This document shows positions 14,916-27,230 of a DNA stretch of 64,000 nucleotides, piece by piece; position 1 is the first letter of the stretch; the number at the start of each line of letters is the position of its first letter. The position numbers were made by a program, and so were the translations under genes. The stretch spans positions 102,300,001-102,364,000 of the forward strand of contig OX597815.1 of the NCBI GenBank assembly GCA_951406725.2, given 5' to 3'. Below the pieces are notes generated by a model. That model had not been told where the DNA came from. It made no database searches and saw nothing but the letters and a program-made list of their open reading frames with translations. The DNA is from Octopus vulgaris. Taxonomy: Eukaryota.

Positions 14916-14951
<36 letters not shown>

Positions 14952-15076
14952 AAGATGTGTTTTCTAGTGTATGCCTGTGTGTGTATGTTTGCGACTATAG
15001 AATAGGAAGAACGGTTCTGTCATTTTCAATCATTTTCTCTCAATTCTGATGAAAAAATCAGATAACAATTATAACG

Positions 15077-15158
<82 letters not shown>

Positions 15159-15499
15159 GAGAGAAAAGATAAAAATACAGTGATAGAGAGGGAGAAAAAG
15201 AGTGTATAGTAATATACTTGTATGGAAGTCATTTCAGAAATACAATGGAAGGAAATGATAAAAGAGTCAAGCTGAACATCGAGATTAAACCAGTAAAATG
15301 TCCGATTGTTGTGCGCAATAAACAATCACATACTCAACTCACCTTATGGTGATGTTTAAGTATATATAAATACACACACACACGCACACACACACACACA
15401 CACGTACACATACACACACACACACACGTACACACACACACACACACACACGTACACACACGCGTATATAACTATATACATACAGATATAAAAATACAA

Positions 15500-16080
15500 T
15501 TCAATTTAACTATAGCCATCATGGTTGAGGCCACGCTAAAACACTGCCCTTATGGCTAAATGTTCTGCTTCTATTGTGTCTGCATATCTTGGGGTACTAA
15601 ATTTTAGGAGTTTTATTTATCCATTTGCATGGAATTTTTAATTGTTGGATCTAAAATATGGTGGAATTTGCCGGCTTTGCTTTAGGCTTTTGTAGCTGGC
15701 TGATCAAACATACAAGAAGAAACGTGTCTATGTATCTAATAAAAATCTCAGAGGAAACTGTACTTAAGCTTGATAAGAAGGCTGGGAGGCAATTGAATAT
15801 TTGCGTACCTTTGAATGTTAAATTGCTGCCGTATTGTAGTCGTGAAGAAGCTTTTTATTACCAAAGGCTAATAGGAAGTTCATGAGAAACCCCGGTGATC
15901 ATCAATGCTGAGAAAAATAATGAATCTTTAAAAAGTTTATGGCCATGCAGCTTATATTGAATTCTGTTTTAGTATTAAGCCTTAGTCAGTTCTTTTCTTT
16001 TTCCAAATGAGTTTTTAGAGCATTTCATTTCAATGGCTTCAAATTTTAATGTGGGTGAAGTTTATTAGGCGAAAGAGAAT
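15500..16080 (-). mobile_element. Old CR1-group (Zenon-like) LINE 3' remnant
   Basis: Minus strand reads YGSNLTFKGTQIFNCLPAFLSSL..IDTFL, like the C-terminus at 33770-34030. Degenerate tail GGCAGTGTTTTAGCGTGGCCTCAACCATGATGGCT at ~15512-15548. Confidence 0.55.
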
Positions 16081-16225
16081 TCTTGTTTTTATTTCAATAT
16101 TTGACGTGAGGTTTTCACATATATATGATGACACAGAATCCCCGTCGTTGTTATTTTGCAGCGATGAGCAAGGATTGTATTGCTTATTGAAGATTCTACG
16201 ATAAAACAACACCTCCATTCACATC

Positions 16226-16309
<84 letters not shown>

Positions 16310-17436
16310 TTCAAAAGTTTGAATGCAGCTCTCACATATACAGCAAAACGGGATATGTACTTTAACATGTATATGTACTTTAACAGTTGATAACTGAATT
16401 TTAATTTCTTTTGAGAAAATATCAGAAATAATGAAGGAAATCAGATTAAGCTTTGGATAAATGAAAATTAGCCTAAAGTGCTACTGGAAGTTTGAAACCG
16501 CAGTCGAAGTACTCAGGTAGTTTAAGAGGGGGATTCAAGCAGACCTACCTAGTGACATACCATCACCCAATTAGAGATAAATTTTAAGCAGATAGAAATA
16601 CTCAGAATTTCACAAGAAACGTTCCGAAAGACCGAGGACATCGACACTACACAAAGAAAGAAAGAGCACTAGAAATGTCTTTCCCGAGTTCAGGAACGTC
16701 TGTGTGGAAAGCGAGTGAGGGACAGGAATTTCAAAATTAGGCGTTCATCACATTTTGATGTGCTCCCATTTGAAACTTTACATTTTAAAAATAGTTCATA
16801 CTCTCAATGAAAATGATTCAGACCGAAGAGTGGAGTTTTCTGAGAGTTAGTTAGCGCGATGCTTAGACGATGCACACTTGCCGACAAAGATTGTTGGGAG
16901 TGACGAGGTTACATTTAAATTAAATAGCTCAAGTTATCTGCTGCTATTGTACACTATTGCACTAAGAAACTACATATTGCGGAGGACCACCATGGTAATT
17001 TACCAGGTGATACAGTATGGTGTGACTTATCATCAAGAGGATTGATTCGACTATTCTTTTTCGATGGTACTGTGACCGGTCCCTTTTACTTAATTCAGTC
17101 GAAACTGTCATGTCAAGCATTCAAGAGGACTATGAAAATGTGGAGTCTTATTTCCAGCACTCCTACACTGACAAAGGATGAGATTTTGCCGAATAGATGA
17201 ATTGGGTGAAGGGGTTCAGTAGAATACCCTCCGAGTTCACCAGAGCTCGAAATTTCTTTTTATAGGAATACATAAAGGATAAAACTTAACATACAAAATT
17301 AGCAACAGTCGACGAACTGAGAGCAGCGATTGAACGAGAATGCACACAAATACCGAATGAAGTGTTTCTTGGTAGCTGCAATTTCATTATTTCGCGTTAT
17401 CAGCAGAACTGTAATTAGTTTGAAAATAGGCGTTCA

Positions 17437-17459
17437 TCTGTATATCTATAAAAGGCAGG

Positions 17460-17524
<65 letters not shown>

Positions 17525-20087
17525 TGTACGTGAATGTAATTTATGCACGTCCACAAATTAGCATGCATATCGCTCCAATTCGACCCTAGCTGGGTTTTGT
17601 CAACTTATTTTCCCCTCGGTTAGCAGTAAAAATCGATTTTCATCCGTAACTTTTACCAGTTTTTACGTCGGTGAAATCCGTTGTTTGCTAACATGAGCTA
17701 AGTACCCTGCAATGGCGACTATTATACAGAAAAAACAAAGATAAACTATTCCGTTTTTGGATTTGGTTTGCCAGATTCTTTATGTGAGTTCGTGTGATCT
17801 GAAAGAAATATACATATAGTTTTAATTATACAGAAAAACAAAGATCAACCGCTCTGAAAGAAATGTATATACAGTATACATATAGTATACAATATGTATA
17901 TATTTAATTTTTCTATATATTTAATTTTAAATGAAATTTTGAATGTTAGATAATTAATGATGGTTTATTTAATTAGAAAACAAAACCTAATGACGATGTA
18001 ATTAGCAACTAGCACATTTTGTTCCTTAGTTTTTCTTTCCTTCAATATTTAAATTCTTTACTTGACTTATTTTTTATTACTATTCGCTAGAAACCTCACG
18101 ATAGTCTTTGTTCAGCCGCAACATTCTTTTCATTCATTTATGTTTATGAAATTCTCTGTACGTACTTCTGCTTTCTCGGTGGTCGAAGCAAATCGATGAC
18201 TTCGTGCTGTAGCCATTTTCTTTCTGATGTGATTTAAAGCATTTTTTGATATGTGGCATTTCAACATTAGAAACGAGTTCCGAAAATGCTATTCAAGTTT
18301 GCTGAAACTTATCTCCTGCCACTCAAAAGAACAACTCAAATAGGATAAAGAGTACACGCATCACAACAACAATAGCACCAAGTGTGTGTTTGTGTGTGTG
18401 TGTAGACTTACAATATATCCTATTGTTAAAAAAATTTTTACACGATCATTCAATAAAACTCAAATGGGATAAAGAGTACACGCTTTATCCGCCGATACAG
18501 TGCAACGGGAACCGCTTGGTAGTTAAGTCCCTGACGCCTAAGTTTATTGAGGCTACCATTGTTACAGGGTGCGGGAGGGGGAAAATGTTTTCATTTCAAG
18601 GATGCACCTTTATCCCTCGGGGTCAGACATGCCGTTTAACTTCCGCAGATTGCCATGTCCATCAACAAATCGCAAGGCCAAACACTCGGTGGCGGGCATC
18701 CATTTGGGGGAAGCCGTGCTTTTCACATGGGCAACTTTATGTGGCCTGCTCCCGTGTGGGGAGTAGAAACACTCTTTTTGTGTATGCTCCTCAGGGCAGA
18801 AACGCAATGTTGTCTATAGCGACGTTTTATAGACGTAGAAAGAACAAGTCATCATTGCAGCCGATGTGGTTATAAACAGGTGATCCGGAAGCGTTGGCCG
18901 GACATACTCTCAAATATGGCAACATGATTCATAGACTCTTCCTCTTCTTTATTAGACAATGCTGACTTCTTCAACAACAATGCTCACTCGGCCGATATCA
19001 GTGCTTGGACAAGTTGCTCATAGAGTTAGTAGAAGGGACAGGTCCCTTATTTTTTTTTGTTAAGGCTGTTGGCAAGTTTTCCTAAGTTACTCCAGCCCGG
19101 ATCCCCAATGCAAACCTTCGAATCAACCTTCTCCAATGCGGATATCTAAGGCAACCTTATCCAATTCAAATCTTTGAGTCGACATTCTTCACTGCAGATC
19201 TCCAATGCAAACCTTCGATGCATCCTTATCCAATGCAAACCTTCGATGCAACCTTCTCCAATGCAGATCTTCGATGCAGTTTTGACCGATAGTACCCCTA
19301 GGAGGGGTTAGGACTAGATCGGGATTAGTAGCCGCCTTTTAGAAGCACCCGAGCCCTCTTTCGCTAGATTAGCTTAGGCTTAGGTTAAGACTTAGTTGTG
19401 ATCTGAACATAACCTCTTCTGACACAGGATTAGGAGCCCTTTTGGGCGTTCTATTTTCCTTGCCGGAAGGGTTCCCAACACATGGGCCAAAGGAGGGGGT
19501 TTTAGGTGGGTTTGAAAGGGCCAGCATGTGCAACCTGATCACCTCTGCCGATCAAACTCCCAACACATGCGCTCCCGTGACGACACTGATTCTGCAGAAC
19601 TGGGATGGGTGTGAAAACCAACTTTAAAGTATAGATCTTTTGAATCAGCAATGTTGTGTTCGGTTAAGTCCTATTTGGGTTGAAAATCAATAAACCAATT
19701 CCTTATGGGGTTTTCCATACAATCAGGATGAAAAATCGATAAACTGATTCCTTATAGGATTTCCCACTAAAATTGGCTACACCCCATTTTCAACCATAAC
19801 TTTTACCACTTTTGACGTATTTTGTTCAAACTTGATGCCGGCGTTACTATGGACTCATGGGATATTTGACTGCTTTAAGTTCTAAAAAAAAATCCCCAAA
19901 AACAACAATCGATGATTGGAAAAATCGATAAACCGATACCGTATGGGATTTCCCAATCAAATTGTCTGCAACCCATTTTCAGCCAAGCGTTTACCAATTT
20001 CAATTTGACGTCGGTGTTACTTAGTTTGGTATGAAACAAAGCACTTGATTAGCTTAATAATCCTAACTTAATCCCGGCCAATGCTAG
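17437..20087 (+). mobile_element. Non-autonomous Helitron carrying a PIF1-like helicase fragment
   Basis: A|TC 5' end (TCTGTATATCTATAAAA followed by (TG)n) and CTAG|T 3' end at 20084-20088. Internal helicase C-terminus at 18500-18830. Internal sub-repeats at 19100-19280 and 19680-20020. Confidence 0.75.
18500..18835 (+). pseudogene. Helitron RepHel PIF1-like helicase C-terminal fragment (frameshifted)
   Basis: CNGNRLVVKSL..IEATIVTG / ENVFISRM..PSGSDMPFNFRR / INKSQGQT / PCFSHGQLYVACSRVG across three frames (SF1B motifs V-VI). Confidence 0.88.
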
Positions 20088-20768
20088 TAAAATAATAAAA
20101 TTCAGTCTGTAGATTCTGTCAAATTTTTGAAAATGAAATGTATATTAATATGCACTGAATTCATTATTTTATGTATGTGTATATATTTTTGGGACACCTT
20201 GCACATGACAACATAGAAGTTGTATTGTAGGAGCTTAAGGGCGGAGTCGGAAGGCATTCCGATTCTTGTTACAGTAGCTTTTTGTTTTGGTAACATTTTA
20301 GTTCTGTTGGTATGAGTTAGGTTGTTAAAAATTTGTTGTCTAATGGATTTCCAATATGTCACTGTATTTCTATGGCATGAATAACAGATCGACACTGAAG
20401 TAGACTAATTTTTGTTTTTATTTTTAAATCTAGAAACTCACATGCATATCGGAACAAGATCTTTGGAATTGTTTTTATCCATTTAGCCCGTCAAAATTTC
20501 TTTTACTGATCGTTCTTTTTCATAGGAGGGTGTGAGTAGCTGGAATAGCTTTATTTATTATTTTCTTTAACGTATCGTATATTTAAAATGAAAAAGTACA
20601 CTTGTGCATTCGAATGATATAAACTAGTATCGATGATTGAATTTGATATTTATTTATTTAAATACCGACAACTGTATGCCAGACTTCTAATAGCAGAAAT
20701 CAGCAGCAACATCAAAATTGGTAATTTGCTTGTGTGGTGACGGTGAAAGATGCTGTTAATTCTCCAAC

Positions 20769-20968
20769 TGGTTTCAAATTTTGGCACAAAGCCAGCAATT
20801 GCAGGAGAAGGGCAAGTCAATTAAATAGACTCCAGTGCGCAAATAGTACTTGTTTTATCGAGCCAGGAAGAATGAAAGGCAAAGTTGACTTCGGCGGAAT
20901 TTGCACTCAGAACATGGAGACAGACAAAATGCCACTAAATGCTAACATTTCTACCACTCACCGCCTTA
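20769..20968 (-). mobile_element. tRNA-derived SINE family 2, degenerate copy
   Basis: Reverse complement of the 21010 unit (AAGGCGGTGAG head, GACTTTGCCTTTCAT core, TTGTGCCAAAATTTGAAACCA tail). Confidence 0.75.
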
Positions 20969-21008
20969 ATGCTGTTTATAATATTATTAAAAAAACATAA
21001 GCATAATC

Positions 21009-21582
21009 AAGGTGGCGAGATGGCAGGATCGTTAGCACGCCGGGCGAAATGCTTTGCGGTATTTCGCCTGCCGTTACGTTCTGAGTTCAAATTCTGCCGA
21101 GGTTGACTTTGTCATTCATCCTTTCGGGGTCGATCAAATAAGTACCAGTTACGCAGTGGGGTCGATATAATCGACTTAATCCGTTTGTCTGTCCTTGTTT
21201 GTCCTCTCTGTGTTTAGCCCCTTGTGGGTAGTAAAGAAATAGGTATTTCGTCTGCCGCTACGTTCTGATTTCAAATTCCGCCGAGGTCAACTTTGTTTTT
21301 CATCCTTTGGGAGTCGATAAATAAAGGACCAGTTACGCAATGGGGTCGATATAATCGACTTAATCCGTTTGTCTGTCCTTGTTTGCCCTCTCTGTGGACA
21401 ATAGAAATAGGTATTTCGTCTGCAGCTACGGTCTGAGTTCAAATTCCACCGATGTCGACTTTCCCTTTCAACCTTCCGGGGCGATTAAATAAGTACCAGT
21501 TACACAGTGGGGTCGATGCAATCGATTATCCCTCTTCCTCACCAAATTTTCAACGTTTTGTGCGTAGAGTAAAAATAATTAT
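21009..21582 (+). mobile_element. SINE family 2 tandem trimer
   Basis: Head with A-box TGGCAGGATCG and B-box GAGTTCAAATTC. Units restart at GGTATTTCG at ~21058, ~21242 and ~21410. Central GACTTTG..TTCATCCTTTCGGGGTCGAT..AAGTACCAG resembles the Meta/Sauria-type SINE central domain. Confidence 0.85.
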
Positions 21583-21779
21583 TAAAAAAATAAACATGAA
21601 TGCATACCACTTTCTTTCGAGTTAAAATTGTTTTAAAGAAGGTAGTCTGCTAAAAATGGTTGGTTTGAAACGTAGGCGAGACTTAGAGTTGGGTTATGCT
21701 TAAAACAAATATCGACATGTGCCATAATTACATTTCTGATTCTTTTAGAGTCCTCCAATACAGATCTGTTTTAATGCGT

Positions 21780-22560
21780 CATTTTCGTTTGAATTTCAGT
21801 TGATTTTCTTTTGGAAATAATGTATCAGTTTATGTGAATTAAAACTTGGTACACTCCCCTCATCATTCTTCAAAAATTGGAAAAGTGACATTTCTACAAT
21901 GCTGCTGGCCGCATTCAGCCTAGGTAATAGTAATATAACTGAAGAATCTCTAGTACAGAAGACACATAAGATCCATTCTGATAGCAACAGAAAGGAGAAA
22001 TTGTCGGACATTGGGATTTAAATCGCAGATTGATTTTGATTAATCGCTTATTTGAAATAGTTAATGGAATACTTCCTTAATGACTGTAGCCATTCATAGC
22101 CTGATACTAGGTATAATAAGTTTAACCAGATAACAAGAGGCAGGATGTCTTTTTGATAATGTGTGGAGCCATATTTGATTTGTTTGTTGCTGCTTCTGAA
22201 ATGCATTGTGTCTTTGTAAGGCATTGAATAGCGGCTGTAAGTGGTTATGGAACTTTGGCTAATTAAATGCTTTGATAACCCTTCTATGCAGCACTTTTCT
22301 CTGATAACACTACAGCCATGGTCTTTCTTATTGATTCTAAGATCATTTTGTTGACAGATCCACTGTACAGCCCCATACTTCTTTCGCCAAGCCTTCACAG
22401 GTATTATAATATTGTTTGGTGGCGCAGTGATCTTTATTGAGACAGCCATGTATTATGTATCTTATACATAATGTTCTAGCTGGGTTTTGGGCGGCAATGT
22501 TTAGCTTGTGTGGTTTTATTTCTTTTGTTTTGCTGATAAGACTGATGTTTAGACCGTTCA
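21780..22560 (-). pseudogene. Possible highly decayed hAT-like transposase remnant
   Basis: Minus-strand peptides EWLQSLRKYSINYF (RW..WL..Y-like) and LLLPRLNAASSIVEMS (hAT dimerisation-like SxxVERSFS). Many stops; weak evidence. Confidence 0.3.
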
Positions 22561-22640
22561 AATGTACACGTGCTCATTCCATAGTGTTATATATGTATGT
22601 ACATAAGCTTATGAATTTATGTGTTTTGTATGTATGTATG

Positions 22641-25600
22641 AACTTTTTTTAATTATCTAAATTATTCCTTCGAGGAAGACGCTGGTTTCTTACGAAGATA
22701 CAAAGCTCTATCGTTGGAATGATAGATAACTAAAACAACGACACATTTTAAACTTGGGAAATGTCTTGCATATTTTGACTGTCCTATTTACAGATTGCAT
22801 TTGTAAGGTGCAAGTTAATTGGTTGATTTCTTTTTCTGAAAATCTAAGCTTATCTAGAGTGTCACTTAGACATTTTCTCACAAAACCAAGTATACCAATT
22901 ATTATTAGTATAAATGTAAATTTGTAATCTAGGTTTAGAAGCTGGAGGTTTCGAAGCAGTTGCCCATAGTAATCGTCTTTCTCTTTGATTTTCAGTGGGA
23001 GACTGATCTCTATGACTGCATATTTTCCTCGTCTGTTCCTAACAACAATATCCGGCATTTTATGCTTGTACTTGACAGATGTTTCGGTGGGAATTTTCCA
23101 CCAGTATTCCTTGTGTTGATGTTTGTGTATGTATTCAACAACAAGGAGTTTCTCTATATTTATCTTAGGACCGTCTTTTTTTCCCGAATGGCATTGGATA
23201 TTGTTTTTGCGACAACATCATGACATTATATCCAGGTCTTCTTTGAGATATGTTAGTCCGGCTGTTTTGGGGGTAGTATGGGAGGTAATTAGGAAGAGAG
23301 TGCTTCACTTTTTAGCATTAAGTTAATACATTTATTTTTGCGGCTGTTGTTTAGCAAGTGCTATCTGAGAGAGACTATACGATATTCGAAAACTGTCTAC
23401 ATTGATCTCTAGTCGCCATCTGCTTTATCCCTTCTTAGAGCCTGTTGATATCCCTCTTATAATGGAGATTTCCCCTTGACTTCAGAATTTTGCGGGTATT
23501 AACGTCTATGAAGTGGATACTTTAATCAGACTAGTCAGGCATCCCAAATGTTGGAATCAGCACTGGTACTGAAAATGCATTGTGAGATATTGTCTTGTTA
23601 TAAGAGAAGATTCCTGACTGCCATATTTTTCTAAGACTAGCAAAGTATCCTCGAGTTACAATCTTTATTCTCAGTATCTTCGCATTGCATGTTTTTATCA
23701 ATGCTTAGGTACATGTAACATTCTTTGTATGGAACAGGTGAGATAGTGAAACCATTGATGCACAAGTTTTGAGTCTGGGGGACTGATTTTCTCCGTTCAA
23801 CTATCAAATATGAAAATTTCTTTTGGCCAAATTCCATTTCATATGTTAGCTGAAAATGTTATTAATTCCAACTATTTTTTAGCATTGTTAACATTTTAAC
23901 ATAAATCTTGAGGTCACCCACAAAGAATTTATGTCCTACATTAATATTTCTAGCAGTTTGCAGACACTAAAGTGAGTCCATTTGATTTTTGTAGCAGGAA
24001 TGATAATGGATTTAATGTCAAAATGAACTGAATTACAGAAAATCTATTTGTTTGGAATATTCCCTTTGACATATTTATAACATTGGAGTTAATTGCTCCG
24101 CTCTCAATTTTTAGCGTAAGGATTGTTGCCCAGGTCTTTACGAATCTCTCAATGGTGGCAGTTAAGATAGCAAGTACTTTTGCAAAATGGAGACACTTCA
24201 ACAATCATGAGTGGAGAATAGAGTCAAAGTCCTTCCTATAATCAAGCCATATTGTTGTAAGGTTCCTACGATATTTTTTTCATTTCAGACAGTACAGCTT
24301 TCTTTATCAAGAGTTGTTCAGCACATCCTCACACACCCTTCTTTCCACCAGCCTGTTCATAAGTCACTATATTGTTAGATTCACAATAATCCTGAAGGAA
24401 TTGGTTGAGGAAGCTTGGGTACAGTTTGAAATAATATTTAGGCAAGCAATGAGTCTATAGTTTTCTGCCACCTCGGTGATTTCATTCTCGGCTACAAGAT
24501 TTGTCCGTGCTATGACATGCCAATTGGATATGTCAATCTCATCTGCCATAATGCATTTGCCTATACATATTAGTTATTTCTTGTAAAATATTAGCCTCGT
24601 ATACCTGTATCCAACTATTAGGTCCATTTCCGGTGCCTTCCCATTATGGAGTTTGGCTACAGCTACGGTGAAAGTTTTCCGGTCAATTGTATATGCTTTA
24701 AAGTATTCTCTCCTTACTGCATTTATCCACGATGCATTAAGGTTGAAGTCCCTCTTTTCGTTCCAATTTGTCGACCAAAATGATGCAAAATTTTATTGAG
24801 AAGGGATTTTCTTAACGGTAATATTTTCCATTCTTATCTCTTTGTGTAATGTCTCTGAATTAGAAGCACGCTTGTAATTTTTACAGGTTCGCTCAGAAAT
24901 TCGCCTTCGGTAGCGAAGATGTTTGCTCAGCGTCTCGAGCTCGTGTTTTAGAGTAATTAACCTTTCAAGAGCTTGGTGTGAAGAATCACCACAGAGTTTT
25001 ACTAATTTATTCGTAAGATGTTATTGATGAGGTGTAAACTCATTATTCCCCTTACATTTCATTCCCCTTACATATTATCGTGGTTAACCATCCAATATGG
25101 CAGTGCAGATTGTTGATGTTTTCTTCGAGTTTTGTTTTCCATCTAGGTTGCTTCCGTTTAGTAGTTTCATTACCATATGTATACTGCAGATTTATCCTAG
25201 GTGTTCTTTAAGAGTGATAGCAGTAGTGTATGAAGGTATTAATATTCCAATTAATTAACATCACGTGATTCTATATGATCTCCAGTTCATGGAATCATGA
25301 TAACTTTCTATATTGGAGCTGTTAAATTTTTTTCTTAATTTTGTTAGGAATGACTTGTTGCTTAACAGTAATTTCGAAAACAGAAAAGTTTTCTACGGAC
25401 TGTGGTTTCAGGTTGTTTGTAAGTTGAATATATTTCCCAGTTATCTCTGTTGACTCAGCTACATTTGGAGAAACTCGAGAATCTAGTGATGGCGGCAGTG
25501 GTTTGTTTGCACTATTTTCGATCTCTCTTCTGGCAAGTTTTGACCAGTTTTCAGTGATTTGAGAAGATGGATTTACATCACAAGAGCAAGCCATTTTTCT

Positions 25601-26327
25601 ATTTGGCTTGCTACCGAAGTTGTTTCGTTGTAATGGTGCTTAATTTGAGATGAGCTTCGTCCCAGGATTTTTATAAACGCTTCATATATCTGATAGAAGG
25701 GTCTTCACGGGCTTTTTCTTAGCCTTACCTGGTTTAGATTTAAAGTTCAAATAAAATGGAAGTACTTATGTCTTCTCAGATAGCTTACTGGTATTGTAGT
25801 ACTGTTTTTGCCGGTGGTATTGTTCTGAATTTCGACCATGATCATGTTAGCGAAATTCCACGTGGTATAAGGAATATTTTTTAAAATCAAGTTTGAATAA
25901 CGCTCCGAGGGTAGGCTCAAAAGTACCTAAGCTGTTTATGAAGGAGTGATGTTAAGGCTGTGAAATCTTGCATGCTTCTATTTTAACTCTTCTTATTAAT
26001 AACTGTATACTTTCATTCCAAGTAAATTAATCTCTGATTGTTCAAAGAAGACTTCAGATACCTACAGGTAAAAAAAATGGGGTCTCCCCTCCCAGGACAC
26101 TCATTCGGACATACTTGCTACATTAGGGAATAACACCCCAGCTTTATTTATAGTGCAAAAGTGGGTTGCTGAATTTAGGACGGGAGTAAAAGGTGTTTAT
26201 TTATAATTGGAGAAATAAACCAGTTATTGATTTAGGCTAGAGGAGTTGAGATAAATGTAGAAAAAATGCTCCAAAATAAATTTTAAACGGTACTCTACGC
26301 CTGCACATCTGATAGTGACGGCGCCAT
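22641..26327 (-). mobile_element. Near full-length but decayed R4/Dong-like retrotransposon between (CATA)n tracts
   Basis: Minus strand in order: EQAGGKKGV*GCAEQLLI, IWLDYRKDFDSILHS*LLKCL, KGIFQTNRFS..LNPLSFLL, HKFFVGDLKIY (YMDD-like), CHDVVAK (RHD motif), PDIVVRNR..VIEISLP..KDDYYGQLLRNLQLL (RLE homologous to 1091-1414). Confidence 0.85.
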
Positions 26328-26759
26328 ATGTACGTGCGTATGTATGTATGTATGTATGTATGTATGTATGTATGTATGTATGTATGTATGTATGTATGTA
26401 TGTATGTATGCATGCATGTATGTATGTATGTATGTATGTATGTATGTATGTATGTATGTATGTATGTATGTATGTATGTATGCATGTATGTGTGTACGTA
26501 CGTATATATGTATGTAATGTATGTATGTAATGTACGTACGTACGTATGTATGTAGGTAATGTATGTATGTATGCATGTATGTATGCATGTATGTGTGCGT
26601 ATGTATGTCTGTGTCTATGTATGTATGAGTGGATGTGTGCGTGTGCAGGTGGATTCGTGCCGGTTGGTATATATTTACATATGCTACTATGTGAAAGCAT
26701 GTATGTTTGTACACCTTTAAATATGACTTTTTAAAATTGCTTATGTAAAACACGTGTAC

Positions 26760-27230
26760 GTATATTCATTGTAATTTATTGAACATTTTTTGTAAGAAGT
26801 CAGATTACCTTTACGAAATGTGTTGCCTCTTTCCGGTGTACCAGACGACAATTAGTTGTTGGAAAATGGAATCTTTTAACAATACAACAACTTTTTCCAT
26901 CTTTCCGTCTCTCCGATAGACGAAATCCTGTCTATAGAAATAAGCAGTTTACTAGCAAATGGAAGAACGTCAAAATGGTAGATCCTAAAGCTTTGAAATG
27001 TCTAATGTCTTGCATATTTTGACTGTTTCTTTACTGGATAATTTGTAGAATACGGATTAAGAAACTTATGTTTATTTCTCGTTAACGTAATCTTCTTACT
27101 TCCAAAGTGTTTGCATATGTAAACATGCACAGTTGGTTATAACTGTAAATATGTGAACTTGGGACCAGGGTACAGAGTACAAATGCTCATAATTTTGTTT
27201 TTATCTTTGCTAGGCTTGACTTAGATGGTC
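26760..27230 (-). mobile_element. Third, very decayed 3' fragment of the CATA-associated R4-like family
   Basis: Shares ATGTCTTGCATATTTTGACTGT (~27005) with 22761 (TVKICKT). Minus-strand LYPGPKFTYLQL resembles LYPDY-KFTFI. Confidence 0.5.

Larger units (their letters stand above)
16440..20203 (+). mobile_element. Tc1/mariner-superfamily (Tc3/DUF4817-like) transposon remnant split by a Helitron
   Basis: Degenerate motifs [72 protein letters not shown] in 16440-17436. The sequence resumes at 20088 and ends in TIR-like TTTTTGGGACACCTTGCA (~20186-20203). Confidence 0.7.

Noticed and set aside
21009-21582. Regularly spaced repeats resembling a CRISPR array
   Set aside because: Units are ~170-185 bp SINE bodies without unique spacers; eukaryotic context and no cas genes.
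22100-22255. FHNHLQPLFNAL peptide resembling a GT61 glycosyltransferase motif
   Set aside because: Surrounded by stops and without splice signals; the region is better, though weakly, explained as a decayed transposase.
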